The translations under genes were made by a program, and so were the position numbers. A stretch of DNA of 64,000 nucleotides from Geosiphon pyriformis uo1 (Eukaryota > Fungi > Glomeromycota). Shown here in pieces: positions 1 to 15,273 of the stretch. Below the pieces are notes generated by a model. The model had not been told where the DNA came from, ran no database searches, and saw nothing but the letters and a program-made list of their open reading frames with translations. Where the stretch lies: assembly GCA_016748015.1 (NCBI GenBank), contig JAAOMT010000760.1, positions 634,216 through 698,215 of the forward strand, given 5' to 3'. Position 1 is the stretch's first letter. Every line of letters starts with the position of its first letter.

Positions 1-2090
1 GCTACAATCATCATGAAATATATAAAATTGACATGATATATATTGCGATTCCAGTCAATTAAATTTGGAATACAATCTATTCCCAATTATATGTTCACTT
101 TTCTTTTCGATTGACGCATATAATGTCTTTTTAATTAATAATAAAGGTTCCCGAGTTTTAAATGAGCCACAATATATCATCATGTAGCCAAATTATAATC
201 GAATTTGTAGAGGGCTTTGGTCTTTTTATTGAAGGCCTTCTTCAAAAAAATAATTAATCTGCTTTTAACAACTTAATTAACTGATCAGGGAGTCAAAAAT
301 ATCAACACACATTTAGAATTTTTTTAATACACATGCCACCATCCAAGTAATGCACAATTAATTGAATTTGAGAAAAGATTTTAATTTTTCCATAAATTTG
401 GGTCTTACTGCTAAGAATTTATTTTTAAAAGTTGCTTTAGAAAGGCTTTTAAATTCTAGGAACAACTCATGATCGAATTCAGCTGGTTTTTGAAATGATA
501 TGACTGATTTTAAATTTTTATCTAACCAATTTTTAAGGTCTGATCAGCAATATGATATTTGGGCTTGTGATCCAATGATTAGAAATACAGTATCTTACGA
601 CTTCAGATCCTCGCTTTTAGAATATTAAGAAAGTGAGAAGATAAGGACACTTTCTTTGAAACATCCCAAAAACTGATTTTCATGATTACATTTGTTTCAG
701 ATGTGTCATTAATAGTATTTTTTGATGAAAATTTATGCTCACCTAAAATCCATTAAATATTTTGATCGATATTTCGATTTTCATTTTGAAATTGAAATTT
801 CTTCGCTCTTAATTTTTTTTTCTCTTTGAAAAACCTAAAAATCAATTCCACCAATTGCCACATATAAATGGTCAATATAGGAGCCGAGGTTTGACTAAGA
901 ATTTTTAACCTAAAAAATTACTTGGAGGTTAGAATCTATCAAAACAATCCCAGCTAGATGTAGAGCTCATAAATGAAACAACTAATTAATCATCAATTGG
1001 GATATCACACGTTTTAATAATCTTGGTTCCCTATTTTTACAGGGACAAACGACATTATCGGTGACTGAATTAAATTTTGTCATTTTGGCGTTTTAATTAC
1101 CTCCGGCTACAATACTAAATTGATTGGGCCCTATCCATGGTTGAAAAATTGACCAAAAGAATTCCCCACACAATTTATTTTGAGACACTTAATTAAGATC
1201 AATCGGCTGAAGAGAAACTAAATTTTATTAATTAAGAGCTTAACCCCTTGCATTTCCTAATATATTTGTGAGATCTTGGATTATTACTTTCTTAAATTTT
1301 GTGCATGAAATTCTTCAGCTGCATCTAAAGTGTCGATATTTGAAAATTTGAAAGTTTACAAAAGGTTATATTGGTGTTATAGGTTAACAGCAGTCTTTCG
1401 AGATAGATATTTGGTGAATCAGGGTTAGATTATTCGAACAAAGGAGCGTAGCTCGAGAGAAACTAGTTTCAAAGATATCCATCTTCAAAATTACAAATGA
1501 TCTTTGGTGATCTTAAGGTCTAGAAACAATCTGTTAAACAAAATAAGAATTCAATAATTCTCCAGCCGTTGAATCTTATGGTCAAAGAATATAAATATTT
1601 ATTAAAAAATAAATTTCTTTTAGCTATCAAATGGCTATTTATCTAATTAATTAAAATGGCTAATAAAGAGATCAAAAAATATAAAAAGCCAAGATAAAAA
1701 ATAGACAAAATCAAAACTCAAACCTTGAAAGGATTTATTCAAAGAATATGGGATTCAATTAAAATTATGTTTAAAACAACATGTCGAATTTTTGTCATCG
1801 TGTAAAAAATAATTTTGTCTAAAAAAGTTTGGAAATTGATTAATTGATTCAAAGTTCTAGAGTACCCAAAAATATTATGATGCTTCCTACCTTACAATCG
1901 AAAAACGTAATTAGCTTTGAAATTCATCTTAAAATCGATCGCGTGAAAATTACGTTCAGAAGTGTGGATGGCACGCAATGAAACGATATTTGGGAATTGG
2001 TTGAACTATTAATACTAAAAATTTGAATGCTATTAAATAGTTTTTTTGCTTCATGACAAAATAGATGGTAACTTTCATCTCACAAACTCA

Positions 2091-3152
2091 TTAAATCAAT
2101 CCGAAACCCATCGAAATCACTAAGCTTCCAAAAATTAAAACCATATTGGCTTCACAAAAACTTCTCACACCAAAATTAGACCTTTCAGGATTTTCTGGAA
2201 ACGGAATATTTGAACAATGTATTGGTAGATTTTCTTTCAAAGGTTCCAACAGCTCATCAACAGCTCTTGCAGCTTCCCCGGCTGGTGGTTTAATTCGTTT
2301 TACAAAGTTGATCCATAAATTCGAAATTTTTTGATATCCATCTGAACAAAGAATAGAATCTGGAAGAGCCAAGATTCTCAAATTTTTTTGATGTAAATAA
2401 GTGATTTGGGCGTTGGGTGGAGTTAGCTTTAACTCGATTTCAGTAGCAGCGTTCGAAGTTAGCTTTTGAAGATAAGATTGGGTTTGGTCTCGGATATCTA
2501 CTGCGCTGTAAACTAGTAAATTTCAAGGTAAACACAAGGTTGAATTTAATGAATGAATTTAGGGAAAAGGAAACTTTAATATAAAAAATTGATAATTTAA
2601 AAATAATTCACCTCCGTTTCGTATATGAGAACACATTCCTTGTCTCATCGGCATAGCCAGATAAAACAAACTCCACTCCTCGGCAATTGATCCTTCTAGT
2701 ATCAAACTATTTTTTCTTGCAATCGTCTCATTCCTTTTCAAATTACCACTCAAGATAGCTAAATCAGCTTCACATTCTTGTTGAATCTTCAACAACAAAT
2801 CTTGTAAAATATCTGTAGAACAAGGTTTTGTACATGCGATATCCAATTGTTTCGACAAATCGACATCATTAAAATCAATAACATCTAAGCCACGTTCAAA
2901 TATTGTATCATGACACCCGACTACCGATTGAATTGATTTTGAATCGAAAATTGTCTGTAAACAATTTGTGCATGGTGTGTTAATGTTGAAGTATGTTTCG
3001 CATGTTGATTCAGCATTTGATTGCCGTGTGGATACGTTAGAATTGATTAGAGAAGTTTTCGATTTTAAAATATAGTTTTCTGGGGATAAAAATAGGTATA
3101 GTAAAGTGACTATTAATAAAATTATTATTATCAAGACTCTTGATGTTTTCAT
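2091..3152 (-). CDS. Cys-rich secreted/surface protein with hydrophobic C-terminus (likely GPI-anchored), ~320 aa, 2 exons (3152-2612, 2512-2091); paralogue of 61555-62590
   Basis: Hydrophobic N-terminus (VLIIIILLIVTLLYLFL). A phase-1 intron 2611-2513 (G|GTGAAT...CTAG) joins the 197-aa and 96-aa ORFs in frame (MCSHIRNG-VYSAVD...LPDSILCSDGYQKISNLW). Hydrophobic tail MVLIFGSLVISMGFGLI. Cys spacing and intron position match the gene at 61555. Confidence 0.8.
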
Positions 3153-6100
3153 TTTAGGTGAAATTATGGTCTTTGAAGAAAAAATCTCGTAACTCGTAAG
3201 AGCGAAAAATTATTAATACTTGAGAAGGTTCATAAACTTAGTATACTAGTTAAAAAATTAAACAACTTGTCTAGTGTAACCAATGTTGATTAAGTTTCCA
3301 TGGCCGTACACAATATTTTGATTTTCATTGGAATACAAAGATGTAATTTTTATTTGTACCTCTGTCATCTGGTCAGTAAATTAAGGAGTTTAAAAATTAC
3401 GTCCAATAAGAATGAGAATGATCCACATACTGTCATTAGAGGGAAAAAAAAGCTGGTCTGAGATGTTTATCCCCACTGTTTCCCCTGAATAGAAAGAGAA
3501 AGATTTTTCTTCTGATTTTGTTAAACTTATAGTTTAACATAGATTAATAAATTTATTAAGTTTAGAATAAGTTCAGAATATTATGGAAATAAAAGAAATC
3601 CACAGTTGTTTGGGGAATTGGAATATTATATTGTACAATGGAAGGTTTGCAGTAATTATCAGAATCGTGATCTTGATATCATTCTGCTAACAATTCTTTT
3701 TTGATTAGATGAGAAATCTGCATTCCTATTCCCTTTCAGGTCATTGAATGTTTGAAATAAATTTATTTTAGAGTTTTAAGGAAAGAGTACGAGTGCAAAT
3801 ACAAATTTAGAGCAATTTGAACTGGAAATGGAATGAGTTCAATGAGTAATCTTGTTAAAAAGTTTAAAAATTGGGATATTTTGAACACAATTTTTTATAT
3901 TTAGGACTTTGAAAAAAAGTCATTACTAATGTAAAACATAGTATGCTAGTTAAATTTAACTTTATAAAGATCACTAGTTTACTTTGGTGCTGATCCTTTT
4001 TCTATCAATAAATCCGGTTAAAGGAAAAGAGTTGCAATCAGCATTAAATTGCAAATCACAAATCGTACAATATAAAAGAAATTTTCGATTCAAATCAACA
4101 AAATCAAAAAATTTCACATGATAATCATACTCTTCGAAATATAAAAATTTTTTCATGAATAAAGCTTATTTAAATTGAATGTAAAAGAATGTTAACAAAA
4201 ATAATGTAAATAAATATTTTATGAAGGAAATCTAAAAAACTATAATTTTAATAAAAAATAGTTGCATATAAAAAATGAATTTAGCCAGTGAAAATAAGTT
4301 TCAGTCTGATCATTTTAATGTAAAATCTTATAATTTAAAGTTAAAAATGTATTTTATACTAATTTATTGTCAAGAAATATTAAATGTTATCTGTTTTATA
4401 AATATTTAAGAAATTCTAATATTTATATCTTTTTTAACATCAATAATAAGATGTATTTTATATCAATAATTTTTTTAATTTTTTATAAAAATTTAAGTAA
4501 TTTATTTTAAATGATTCAATAGCATATTAATTCCTTTTTAATAAAAATAATAAAATATTATTAACTTTTTAACAATATTTAATAATTCAAAATTTTTATA
4601 ATAAGAATTGATATTTTATTTAATTAGTATTAAAGAAATGTTCAAATTTTACATAGTAAAAAAATGTTAAGTTAAAAAGTTATTTCAATTTTACCATTTT
4701 TGATTCCATCAATCTTTTTAATTTCTTAATAAATTTTCTGAATTTAGCTTTTTTTCACAAAAACTGTTATATTGAATATACAATATCTATTAAAAGATCT
4801 GGACAAATTGAGTTTTAAATAGTAAATTAATTATATACAAAGTATTTTTCAATTCACAAATTTTGTTTACCTGAAATTCACAGCAAGAGCATCCTTTTCA
4901 TACTTTATATTTGAGTGATTACTCGTTTTTATTACATTAGGTTTAACATTAAATAAATTATTACAGATTCAATGTAACTTTATGTAATTCTATATTAAAA
5001 TATTTAATAGTTAAAAGTTTATGTTTCGAAATAAAATTTCGAAATTGTACCATTACATGTTGAAAATCGAATAAAACAAATTTCGGCAACCAGTTCTTGA
5101 ATTAAATAAATCTAATTTAGCCTCTACATTAATTAAAAACATGAATTGTGATAATTTTTCATCAAAATATGATCCAGCATGTATATAGCCTCTTAGGAAA
5201 CGAACTAAAGTAGGAAAAGTATAAACGGAAAAAATATCCACCTGAATCTCTATTTCGGTCCAATTTGACGCGAAAATTTGAGATATTCTACTAGTTGTTT
5301 TTTATTGATTAACGAAGTGTGGCCCAACCACTATCTATGTACATATAACTAAAACATTTTTGTCCTTCGGCTAGTCTTATCGAATATTTTTTCATACTTT
5401 TTGGATTTTATAGTGAGAAATATCTTCCTTCGAGATTGAGAATTTTATCATTAATGGGGAGGAAATATTTTTCGAACATGGTGGTATACTCGTCGAGTTT
5501 GGAGCAAAATTAGTAAAAAGCAATATTGATGAATTTTGAGTCATATGACAATAATCGGAACGAGTTGTTGCTTAGCGGTATATAAAGTTCTACAGCACCA
5601 TGGCGAAAAACAGATGGGGTGGGAGGTTCTCGATGAGCCGATAAAAATCAAAATCTAATTCCCGAAACGTTGGACAAGAGCATATCTAAAAATGAAATGG
5701 GGTAATTGGCATTCTTACACTACGGAGTGTTTCGGGTCCCCACACGCATATCAATTTTTACAATAATAGGAAATATTTTTGAGAACTAATGAATTAATCG
5801 GCGTTTTACTCGATTTAAATAGTTGGTTTTTCGTGTTTTGCTTTTTATTTCGCCATGACCTTTAATTTGAGGTGAATTTTTATGGGTTAAATTGTCACCA
5901 TTTGGATCCGTATTTCGGAATATAGTTACTCTAACAAGACCTATCAAAATTCATCATGTTCGAATTCAGATTTCAGAACTAGGTTTTCGGGAATGTATAA
6001 TGCCAAGTTCATAACAGTAGATGATATAACTGCGTTTGGATGAATGTGTAATAAATATTGGTCACCTTTAAGAACGGATTTACATGATCATACGATTGAC

Positions 6101-6299
6101 TGTCACAAATGCCAACTCAATTCATTCTCCATATTTGAATAGTTTGTAAGCTCCATTTTGGGTTAAGTTTTGCTTTTGCTTTTTTATGACCCTGGTGGAC
6201 CAATATTTTTTATTGATCGAATTTTTTCATAAAACTTTAATGATAATGTGATTTTTTTCAATTGTATGTCAAAAGAAATACATTTGTCATGTATTTTTT

Positions 6300-9200
6300 G
6301 ATGGATAAATAATACAACTAATATAAATTATTTAATCATTTTTACTATTTGAATTATTTTATAAATCAATATTTTTTAAACCATTAAAATATTGGGACAA
6401 CAAATATTAAAATGAAAATAATTCTGTTGAAATTAGTTTATGAATACTAAATAGTTTTTGGACCTTATTCAAATAGTGATTCTACAATTTTTAATAAAAA
6501 CTTGAATTGTCTTTAATGTTTCTTTAAAATTTATTGTTGCGATTATTTTAATATTTTCAAATTCATTTTTAGTTGGATATTAACATCAAAAAAATTAAAA
6601 GTTAATTTGCAAACATTTAATGTAATTTTGATGAAGTGAACAAAAAAAATAATTTCAATAACTATTAATCTAAAATTTTAACTTGAAAAATATGTGTACA
6701 AACTGTATTTCATTTTTGAATTTGAACTTTTTTGTAAATGGTTAATTTTAATGTTTTTTTAAATATTTCTCAATTTTCTTAATAAAACTTGGCAAATATT
6801 AAATTTTTTGTGCTTTTTTGATAATCAATTAAATTGTTTCTTTTGGTATTCGCAAGTTTAAGAATTGGAAAATTTTATATATTTAGTCAAATTTATATTG
6901 TCTTTAGTTATTTTACTTTAACTTGTAACATAAAAGTAGTGCTCTTTGTAAAGCTGTTAAAATTTACCCCATTTTTTTTTATTAATTTGCTTTCTGGTTT
7001 AAAAACAATCTAATAAAAAATTTGAAGATTTTTAAAACTGGTTTTTCAACAAAGATCTACATTATTCATTTTTATAATTAAACTTATTTAAAAAAAAATT
7101 ACATTATTTTATTTTGATTATCTATTAACCGAAAATTTATTGAAAAAACAATTATTAAAAACAAATAATATTTTCTATTTAAAATTGCCAATTGGCATAT
7201 AGAATTATAATAGCTATGTTATATTTTGTTGACAATTACAAATTATTTTTTAATTTTCACATTCTTTTGAAAAGATTAATAACTCTGATTTTAAGATTAA
7301 TAAAATTAATTGAATATCTTACTTATTTAATTTTCAAGTTTTTTATTGTTATTCAACCACTGTTTCTTTTGCATTTTACTTTAACTTACAACAGCATTAT
7401 TTTAATTATTTATTTTTAATTAATACCATTTAATTTTAAATACTTAAACAATTAAACCTATATTTAAATAACCGCTTATCAATTAATTAAATCTTTTTAA
7501 AAAACAGAAAACAAAAGTTCTTATTTTTGAATTTTTTTTTAAAAAATTTAAAATTTATTATATTTAACTTATAACTGTTGTAGATAACAATATATTGTTA
7601 ACTTTTTAAGACATTCAAGTTCTTTTTAGTTAATAAAATAAAACACTAATTTTCACTATTTAAAAAAATGTCCACACTTAATTAAATAATTGAAATTTTT
7701 TTAAAAAGCCACTAATATAATACTTTTTTTACTGCACAATTTAAAAAATAATTAAAATAAGATATTAAAAACTTTGGTAAAATTGTAAATAAATATTTCA
7801 AAACAATCAGAGAGTTAATCAAGTAAATAGACTTTAAAAAAAACTAAACTAAAAACCAAAATTTATTTTTTCAAAAAAATTAAAAATTAACATTATGTAT
7901 TATTTGTCATTTGTCGTTTTAAAAATAATTTGATTTTAATATAATTATTAACTTTATTAATAAATTAAAAATAATTAAAAAATGCACTTAAAAAACTTAT
8001 TTTTACTTTTAGCTTGTTTTATTTTTGATTTTACTTTTTAAATGGCTGTCACATTTTTCGTTGCCAAAACTTAAAGATTTTAACTAACAATTAATTAATA
8101 AATTATTAAAATATCTTGCCATATTATTAAAACTATTGGTTTAAACTGTTTAAAAACCAAATAAAAATTTTGATATAAATAATCACAACAACTGTTTTTT
8201 GATTTTTAGACCAAAAAATTGTGATTTTTTTAATTTACTATTGTAGTACAAATACTGATTACATTTTAAGATATTCTAATAATTTACCGATTTCTATACC
8301 AATTTTTTAAAACAATAAATAATGCCAACAATTAAACACATAATCAAATCAATTTTGATTTTTGTGAAAAAAATTGCTTTGTTTAAAATTTAACATATCA
8401 ATTTATAAATTAATAAATATATTTTTTAAGACTAAAAATACAATCTAAAAAAAATTTATATATTTGTTTTAACTAATAAATATCTAAAGATAGAATAGTT
8501 AATAAACCAATAATTATACAAAATTAAAGAAAACCAAAGTATTTTATTGTTAAGTAAAAAAGAAATTTTTAAAAATCAGAATTTTCTGAAATTATACAAA
8601 TATTTAATTTTATTTTGTATTAAAATTTATTTTTGGTCAATTAATAACACATTTACAGTTTCAAAAACATTTAGAAAATTTTTAATTTGCATAAAAAATA
8701 CCAAAATAAACCAATTATTTTGCCAAAATGTTTTAGCAAATAACAATAATAATATTTTTTTGATTTTTAATACTAAAGTGGCCAATTACTTTATAAATTT
8801 AATTTTAAACAGTTAATTATTAAAAGCATTATTATCAAATATTTTTCAAAAACAATTCAACCTAATCAATATTTAATGTTTTATACAAGTCTTAAAATTG
8901 ACAAAACCATATTTTTTTCCATTAATAAAATATATATTGAAATTATGATAAAAATATTCAACGCCAAAGTTTATATAATCATAATTAAAAAGAGAATTTA
9001 CTTAAAAAAAATCAATTAAATAAGTGAGTTATTTAATTAGTATAATTAATTTTAGAATTGAAAAATATGTTGTAATTTTTAAAATTTAATATCAATATTA
9101 TGTGTTATTTAATAATTGATTATTCAATTGTGATCTTTTATTCTAAAATGTTTAAAGCAAAAAAATTAAGTATAAAATTAATAAATATGAATTAGTGCTA

Positions 9201-10260
9201 CTAATACTTGGATAGTTAAATAATTTTCTACAGTTTTGTTTATATAGTTATAAAAAGAAACAAATAATCAAGTTTATAACTAAATTAATAATTTGATCAA
9301 TAATAATTAAATTAATAATTAAGTTAATAATCAACTCAACAAGCAAAGAATTAATTAAATAATAATTAAGTTAATAAAATAAAGTGGCTAAATATATAAC
9401 ATTTATAATTAATAGATGATTAAAATAATTAAAAATAAATATTTGGGATTGAAAGTTTATTCATTAATATTTTGCTGTATTATACGTGAATTTTTTTTTG
9501 AAAATTCAAATTCAAATTTCTCTTTTTCATTTTAAAAATTTCAAGTTTTTTCCCAGTGATAAGACAAAATTATTTTTTATTAGTTTAAATCATAAAGCAT
9601 TAAAACAAAAAACTAAATTTCAAATCTTATATTCAAATATTTAACATAATATTTTTATTTGTCATAATCTGACAAATTAACATTAAAAAACTATTGTACA
9701 ACATTTTTTTAAACAATTATTTAAAATAATAAGAAATTTTCAGTTTTGTATTTTTATTGCCAATAAAATAATACCTACTATAATAAATAAAAAACATGAA
9801 TAAAACAACAATTATACTTAATATGGCAATAATTTCTGGAGATTTGATCTTACAACTTTAATTATTACATGTAACTTTTAAAAATTCTTTTTGAAGCTGA
9901 AATAATTACATGAATATTTATAATTTTTATGTATGTTATTTTATTTTTATACAAATTTTTTATATTGATAATGAATGGATGTTAAATTCAATTAGGAAAT
10001 ATATTTTTTCTGGCAAAATTAAACAGCCATTTTATAAAATGGTTGCCAAATGAATGAATCTGAAGAAAATTTTTAGTTAATTTTTCACACATACAATTTA
10101 ATAATACTAATACTATTGAAATCAAGAAAATGAAATAATATATAATAATAATAGTGAAAGTTACTATGAAAATGAAAAGATATATATTAATAATTTGAAG
10201 GATTAAATATGTCCCAATAATCATAAAAAGATATCCGGGTCTTTTATAAAATATGATAAA
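6300..10260. mobile_element. Extremely AT-rich decayed repeat/TE block (approximate bounds)
   Basis: Near absence of CG, no credible ORFs, contains a dispersed repeat copy (9237-9401). TE origin is inferred; no family could be read. Confidence 0.4.
9237..9401 (+). repeat. Dispersed ~150-bp degenerate repeat, possible solo LTR (TGTT...AACA), copy 1
   Basis: AGTTTTGTTTATATAGTTATAAAAAGAAACAAATAATCAAGTTTATAACT is closely matched at 16881 onward; internal ~11-bp AATAATTAAGTT-like periodicity. Confidence 0.4.
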
Positions 10261-10498
10261 TTATAATTTAAATAATAATACACAGGTATTTTAAATAAAT
10301 TTCACATAGTGTACCCAGCCTTTAATCATCGGGGATTATAGATGTGAACAACGATTTCTGTGAATCTGAAGATCGTTCATTTTTATTCCTACACTGCATT
10401 AAAAAGCTTTAAAACGAAGACACAGTTCATTGGAAGCACAATCAACGTTTGGGTTAACAGAGTCACCATGCATAATAAATTAAACGAGATATATAAAT

Positions 10499-10584
10499 TT
10501 TCAATTGTTTTATAAAATTTATTTTATTTAGCTTTCAATTTTTTTATAAAATTTATTTTATTTAGCTTTCAATTTTTTTATAAA
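10499..10584. repeat. Tandem duplication of a ~35-bp unit (TTTCAATTTTTTTATAAAATTTATTTTATTTAGC-like), ~2.5 copies
   Basis: Directly visible in the sequence. Confidence 0.8.
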
Positions 10585-13500
10585 TTTCAATTTATTCAAT
10601 CCCAAAATATTCATAAAGTTTAGCTTTTTTTCAATTTTTTGGCTTTTAGAGAAACAATAAAATTCTTTAATATTATGAGAAATAATTTATTTTTTTAAAA
10701 ATTAATTCATCAATTAAAAGTCTGAAATTTCAAATGTTTTTTTAAAAATTTATATTATTCAAATTTTAGAAAAAAACAAATACTAATCAAAACTTGAGTT
10801 TATTTTTTAGTCTCAATTAAATTTTTTTTCTTCTTCCTTCTGCTGAATAGATAGTTTGTAAAAATTCGATTCAATTAATAAAATTTTTTTCTAATCAAAT
10901 TTTGATTTATCATTTTTGTTCCTACTTGTTCATTTTCGAAAGCTAGTTAGGAAAGTTTGAGTAAAAGATTACCTTTGTCTTTCAACATAATGTAAACAAG
11001 TTCTAATTTCTTTGCCTGAAACATTTAGTAAAAAAATTTGACATAATAATATGTCACATTTAAGTTTTACTATAATATAAGAAATGTTTTAAATTGGTTT
11101 TAGCCGTTAAAAATTTTTCTTTGAAATTTTGGGTCACTAAAAACCAACAAAAGTAGTGCTGATTGCACATCTATATTTGAAATGAAAATTTAAAATTTTC
11201 AAAAACTCAAAGATTCAACCCGTACTAATTTAGGAATATTGTGAAACAATTTTTTGATCTTTTGATTCCCTAATGTTGAAAAGAATATGACTATTCTTTT
11301 TGTACGCTAGAAACAAACATCAAACACACTACCTGATCCTACCTGAATCTAAAGACGATATACCCACGGCATAAAACAATCTTGTTTATCTTTATTAGAT
11401 CCCGAGCCTTAAAAATTTTTCGAAAAAGGCACCGAAATCGGCAAGTGGAAGGCTGGATTTTTTTAGTTTGATATCTTTAAATCTATATTATAGCGATCTT
11501 GGTAATTTAAAGCTGTCATTAAAATAATCCAAAATGGAAAATTTCGACTTCAATCTTGATTTATTTGGTTTGTTTGTTAGAGCAACTTACCTATTTCCTC
11601 TAGTAAGACTTTTCATATCTTTTAAAGGGTTAAAAAGATTGCGCCACAACGATTTTTGTCAGCATATATGCATTACGAAGATTAACAAAATAGTTTCTCT
11701 AATTTACCTTTTGAAAAAAAAACAAAGAGAATGTTTGTCTTTCCAGTGTAAAAAGGCGACGAAGGTATTGTCAATAAAGTTCTATTAAATTAAATAATTA
11801 TTGAAAATTTTTATCTAAAAGCTTTTTAAGAAAGATCTGGTATTTTATCATTGTTAAATAAAAATTTGGATTTTCTTTTTTATTAGATATATATAGGATT
11901 ATTTAAATACAAATATTTGAAAACAAAATTATCAAAAAACTGCACCCAATTACCTTTAGTCTATATTCTTTATTCCTTTATAGAATATTCTATAGGTATT
12001 ATAATCAAAAATACTAAAAATATAAAATCACATGAGAGAGGTATTTTATTTTGGAAAAATTTATAGGATTAAAATTTTTCTCAAACCATTCTATTCACTT
12101 TTAACCTGAATCAGGATTAAAAAGTGTTTCTCCTTTAAAAAATGTCTTTTTTAAACATTTTAAGGATGAAATCGCGGAGTCAAAGAGTTATGATAATCAA
12201 AAGAGTAATTAATTTACATATTTGATAATGTATGGGAAGTAATTTATTATGGGGGTCAAGTTTATAAATTGTGCCAATGTGACAAATATCGTGTTAATCA
12301 AAGAGTCAAATATTTATGATATTTAACTTTTTAATTGAGAATTTTTCACAATTAAGGTTAGCACGCGATTTGCCCCTCATTTGATGAAATTTTTCACAAA
12401 CAGGTAAATACTTCAAAAAATAACACCGTTTTACAAGTTTACTAACTTTTTGAGGTTTTTAATAATCACATCTTTTTTCTTTGTCCTGTTTAGAGAAATT
12501 TTGATCAAGAATTTTACCTCCACATCTAAAGCTGGTCATTCAATTTCGCCCAGTTACATATTAATGCACCATGCATTCTAAAATGTCAAACTTTATTTTT
12601 TTGTAATAATTTAACATTTATACTTTCACTTTTGTATTACTAGACATAATCTGGCATTTAATTTTTGCCGAATGCATTCTTGAAGATTGGTTGGTTTGTT
12701 GGTTAGTTGGTTGTTTTGTTGGTTAGCAAATCAAGATTAATTCCTTTTAAGCAGATTCATTAAAAAGTGTCCAAAGAAATTGTTTCCAAGAATTAGCGAT
12801 GAAATAGTACAACTAGGTATTCAAAGGTAATTTTAGAAAATGTAATTTTTTCTTTCTATCTAAATTTAGGCCAACAAAATCATTGTCTAACAAGATGAAG
12901 TTTAGAAGAAAAAGAAAAAATTTGTTTAGATGTGTAATCTTAAACGATGGAAATTTTTTTTTTATTCATTCTATTACAACCAACATACACATACACACAC
13001 ACACACAGACACATTACTTACGCCATGCATAATTGGCGTCTATATTTAAAGTTAGGTTATAGTGAAATGAAAATTTTTCGGGATTTCTAAACTCTATTCT
13101 TTTTTCTTTTTTCTTTTTTTTTTTCTGAAAAAAATAAAAAAAGTTGACTTTGAAAAATGTTGCACTAATTTAATTAGAGGTATCCCAAATACACAAGAAT
13201 ATTCGTTTTTTTGTGCATTCTTAATTAGGCCATGATTAATTGGTCAATAATAATATAGGTGGTACATTAAAAAATTTTTAGCTTTATCATTGATCACAAT
13301 AATAGGCTTACTGACAGAATACCAAAGATGATCAATAACCGGTTACGGACGAGATATAAAATCAACAATAAGGACTTTCAAGGGGGGAACAAAATTTACG
13401 GGGTCACAATCTTTTGGTAGGTGGTTAGTTTTGTTATGTTATGTCATGTCATTTGTAAACTGTTCTATTTCGGGAATTTTTTTGGTTAGATGATTTAATG

Positions 13501-13651
13501 CGTAACTACTACGTTACTATCAGATATCTTTTGAACTAGATATTTTTCAATTCTTTATAAATATAAGAGTGGCCACATCTCCTTTTACCCTAGAAACAAT
13601 AAATAATTTTTTTAATAAGGATTAAAATTAATTTTATAAACGACTTTTAAA

Positions 13652-14131
13652 ATGGCAACAAATTTTTTCTCAAGTTGGTACGAACGAAGTGTTTGCAAAC
13701 GAAAGGCACGAAACCAAATTAACAACAACAACAACAACAAACAAAATAACTATAACGAATCTAATCACTCAAACCATGTTCATTCATTAATGTTTACTTC
13801 AACACCTACTTCCCGTGAAATTTTAACCTTGGCACAAGTCACTGTTCATTCATTACAAAAAAATCTCGTCTACGATCTTGAAATCAAAGCACTGACTTCA
13901 AGTGGTCAAATATTATTACCAGAGTCTACCTCAGATCAACAAATTTTTAAACGTCGTTTAAGAAGTACAAGTTTTCGAAGCTTTGGAACAGAAAATTCTG
14001 GTTCTCCCAGTAGTGAAAGTACTTTATCAACTTATGGTTCTTACTCTGACAATGAAGAATTAAACCAATTCTCTGAGCGTGATGAACGACTTCGAATTGT
14101 TTTTGATGACTTTGATTACTCGGATTGTTAA
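13652..14131 (+). CDS. Hypothetical 159-aa protein, Asn/Ser-rich, single exon
   Basis: AAAATGG start context, TATA-like TATAAATATAAG at ~13556, higher GC than flanks, AAC repeat encoding poly-Asn. No recognisable domain. Confidence 0.65.
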   Translation: MATNFFSSWYERSVCKRKARNQINNNNNNKQNNYNESNHSNHVHSLMFTSTPTSREILTLAQVTVHSLQKNLVYDLEIKALTSSGQILLPESTSDQQIFKRRLRSTSFRSFGTENSGSPSSESTLSTYGSYSDNEELNQFSERDERLRIVFDDFDYSDC

Positions 14132-15273
14132 AGATATTCTATCTCATAATTTTAAATTATTATTATTACAACATAATAATTTTTATGATTTTACACCCAA
14201 ACATTTTCAATTGATGATAATCCTTTGGCATTATTGTTATTTTTAAATAATTAGCAAACATAGCTATATGAGAAATTTAAGAGAATTTATCATATCCAAC
14301 AAGGATTTTATATCTAAATCTATTTATTACCATCAAAAGACTAACGCTAAATTATTATTTATAGTAATGATATTTTCATAATTCAAAATATCTGTACATT
14401 TTGTTTACTTTTTTGATAAATGAAAATCAGCATGACTTCAACAACAATGATAACAATAACAACAACAACAACAACAAAAAGTCTTTCTAATTTAATACAA
14501 CTAAACATTTTAACCATCAGATTTTAAATGATTTTTGAGCGAACAGATTCAAAAATCTTTTCAAAGTACAAATAAATTACATTGGGTCAGGAAAAAAAAT
14601 TATTTGGCAAAAGAATTGGTCAGGCAAAAATCATGCAATTAATTAGATCCCATCTCGAATATTCCAAATAAATAATGGGCAATCAAAAAAACCTTTCGAC
14701 TTTTCAATATATCATGTCATTCCTAAAAATTTGTCAATTATTTGGAGTTAATAATTTTTTTTTGTTGTGTTGTGGTAATAAAAAAAACAAATTTTAACGG
14801 AATTCATAATTGAACCATGTCTAATTGAGAAACTCTGATAGGCAAAAAAATAATAATAATTTATTTATTTAGACAAGGATAATTTTATATAAAAAAAAAG
14901 TAAATATCCCTAACCATAGATATACAAGAATATCAAAGTCTTTATACATTAGGAAAATCGAAGGCCATTGATTTGAAGATACTATTTATTACATTTGAAA
15001 GAGATTTTAGATAACGCAGTATTAAATTTATTTGGATTTCAAAATTGTAAAAAATGATTGTTCAAAAAATGGCCGACTTTTAGTTTTACCAAGATAAATA
15101 TTTGTCACCCCCGAAATTTAAATATACAGTCATATCAAGTTTCAAATAGGGGCTCCGAGAAATTTTTCATAGGATAAATGGGTTAGATTAAACGCCATAT
15201 AAATCAATTCAACAGCCTTTTTTTCAAAGAGTTCAAAGGAAATTGATTTCGGCAATTGTCACGTTTAAGTGTT

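Noticed and set aside
5300-5760. GC-elevated stretch with lipase-like words (SFG*, QHHGE)
   Set aside because: Too few motifs and too many stops to support a call.
7192-10224. Hydrophobic F/I/L/K/N-rich ORFs in AT blocks (also 44120-44826 and 62996-63184)
   Set aside because: Composition is explained by extreme AT content.
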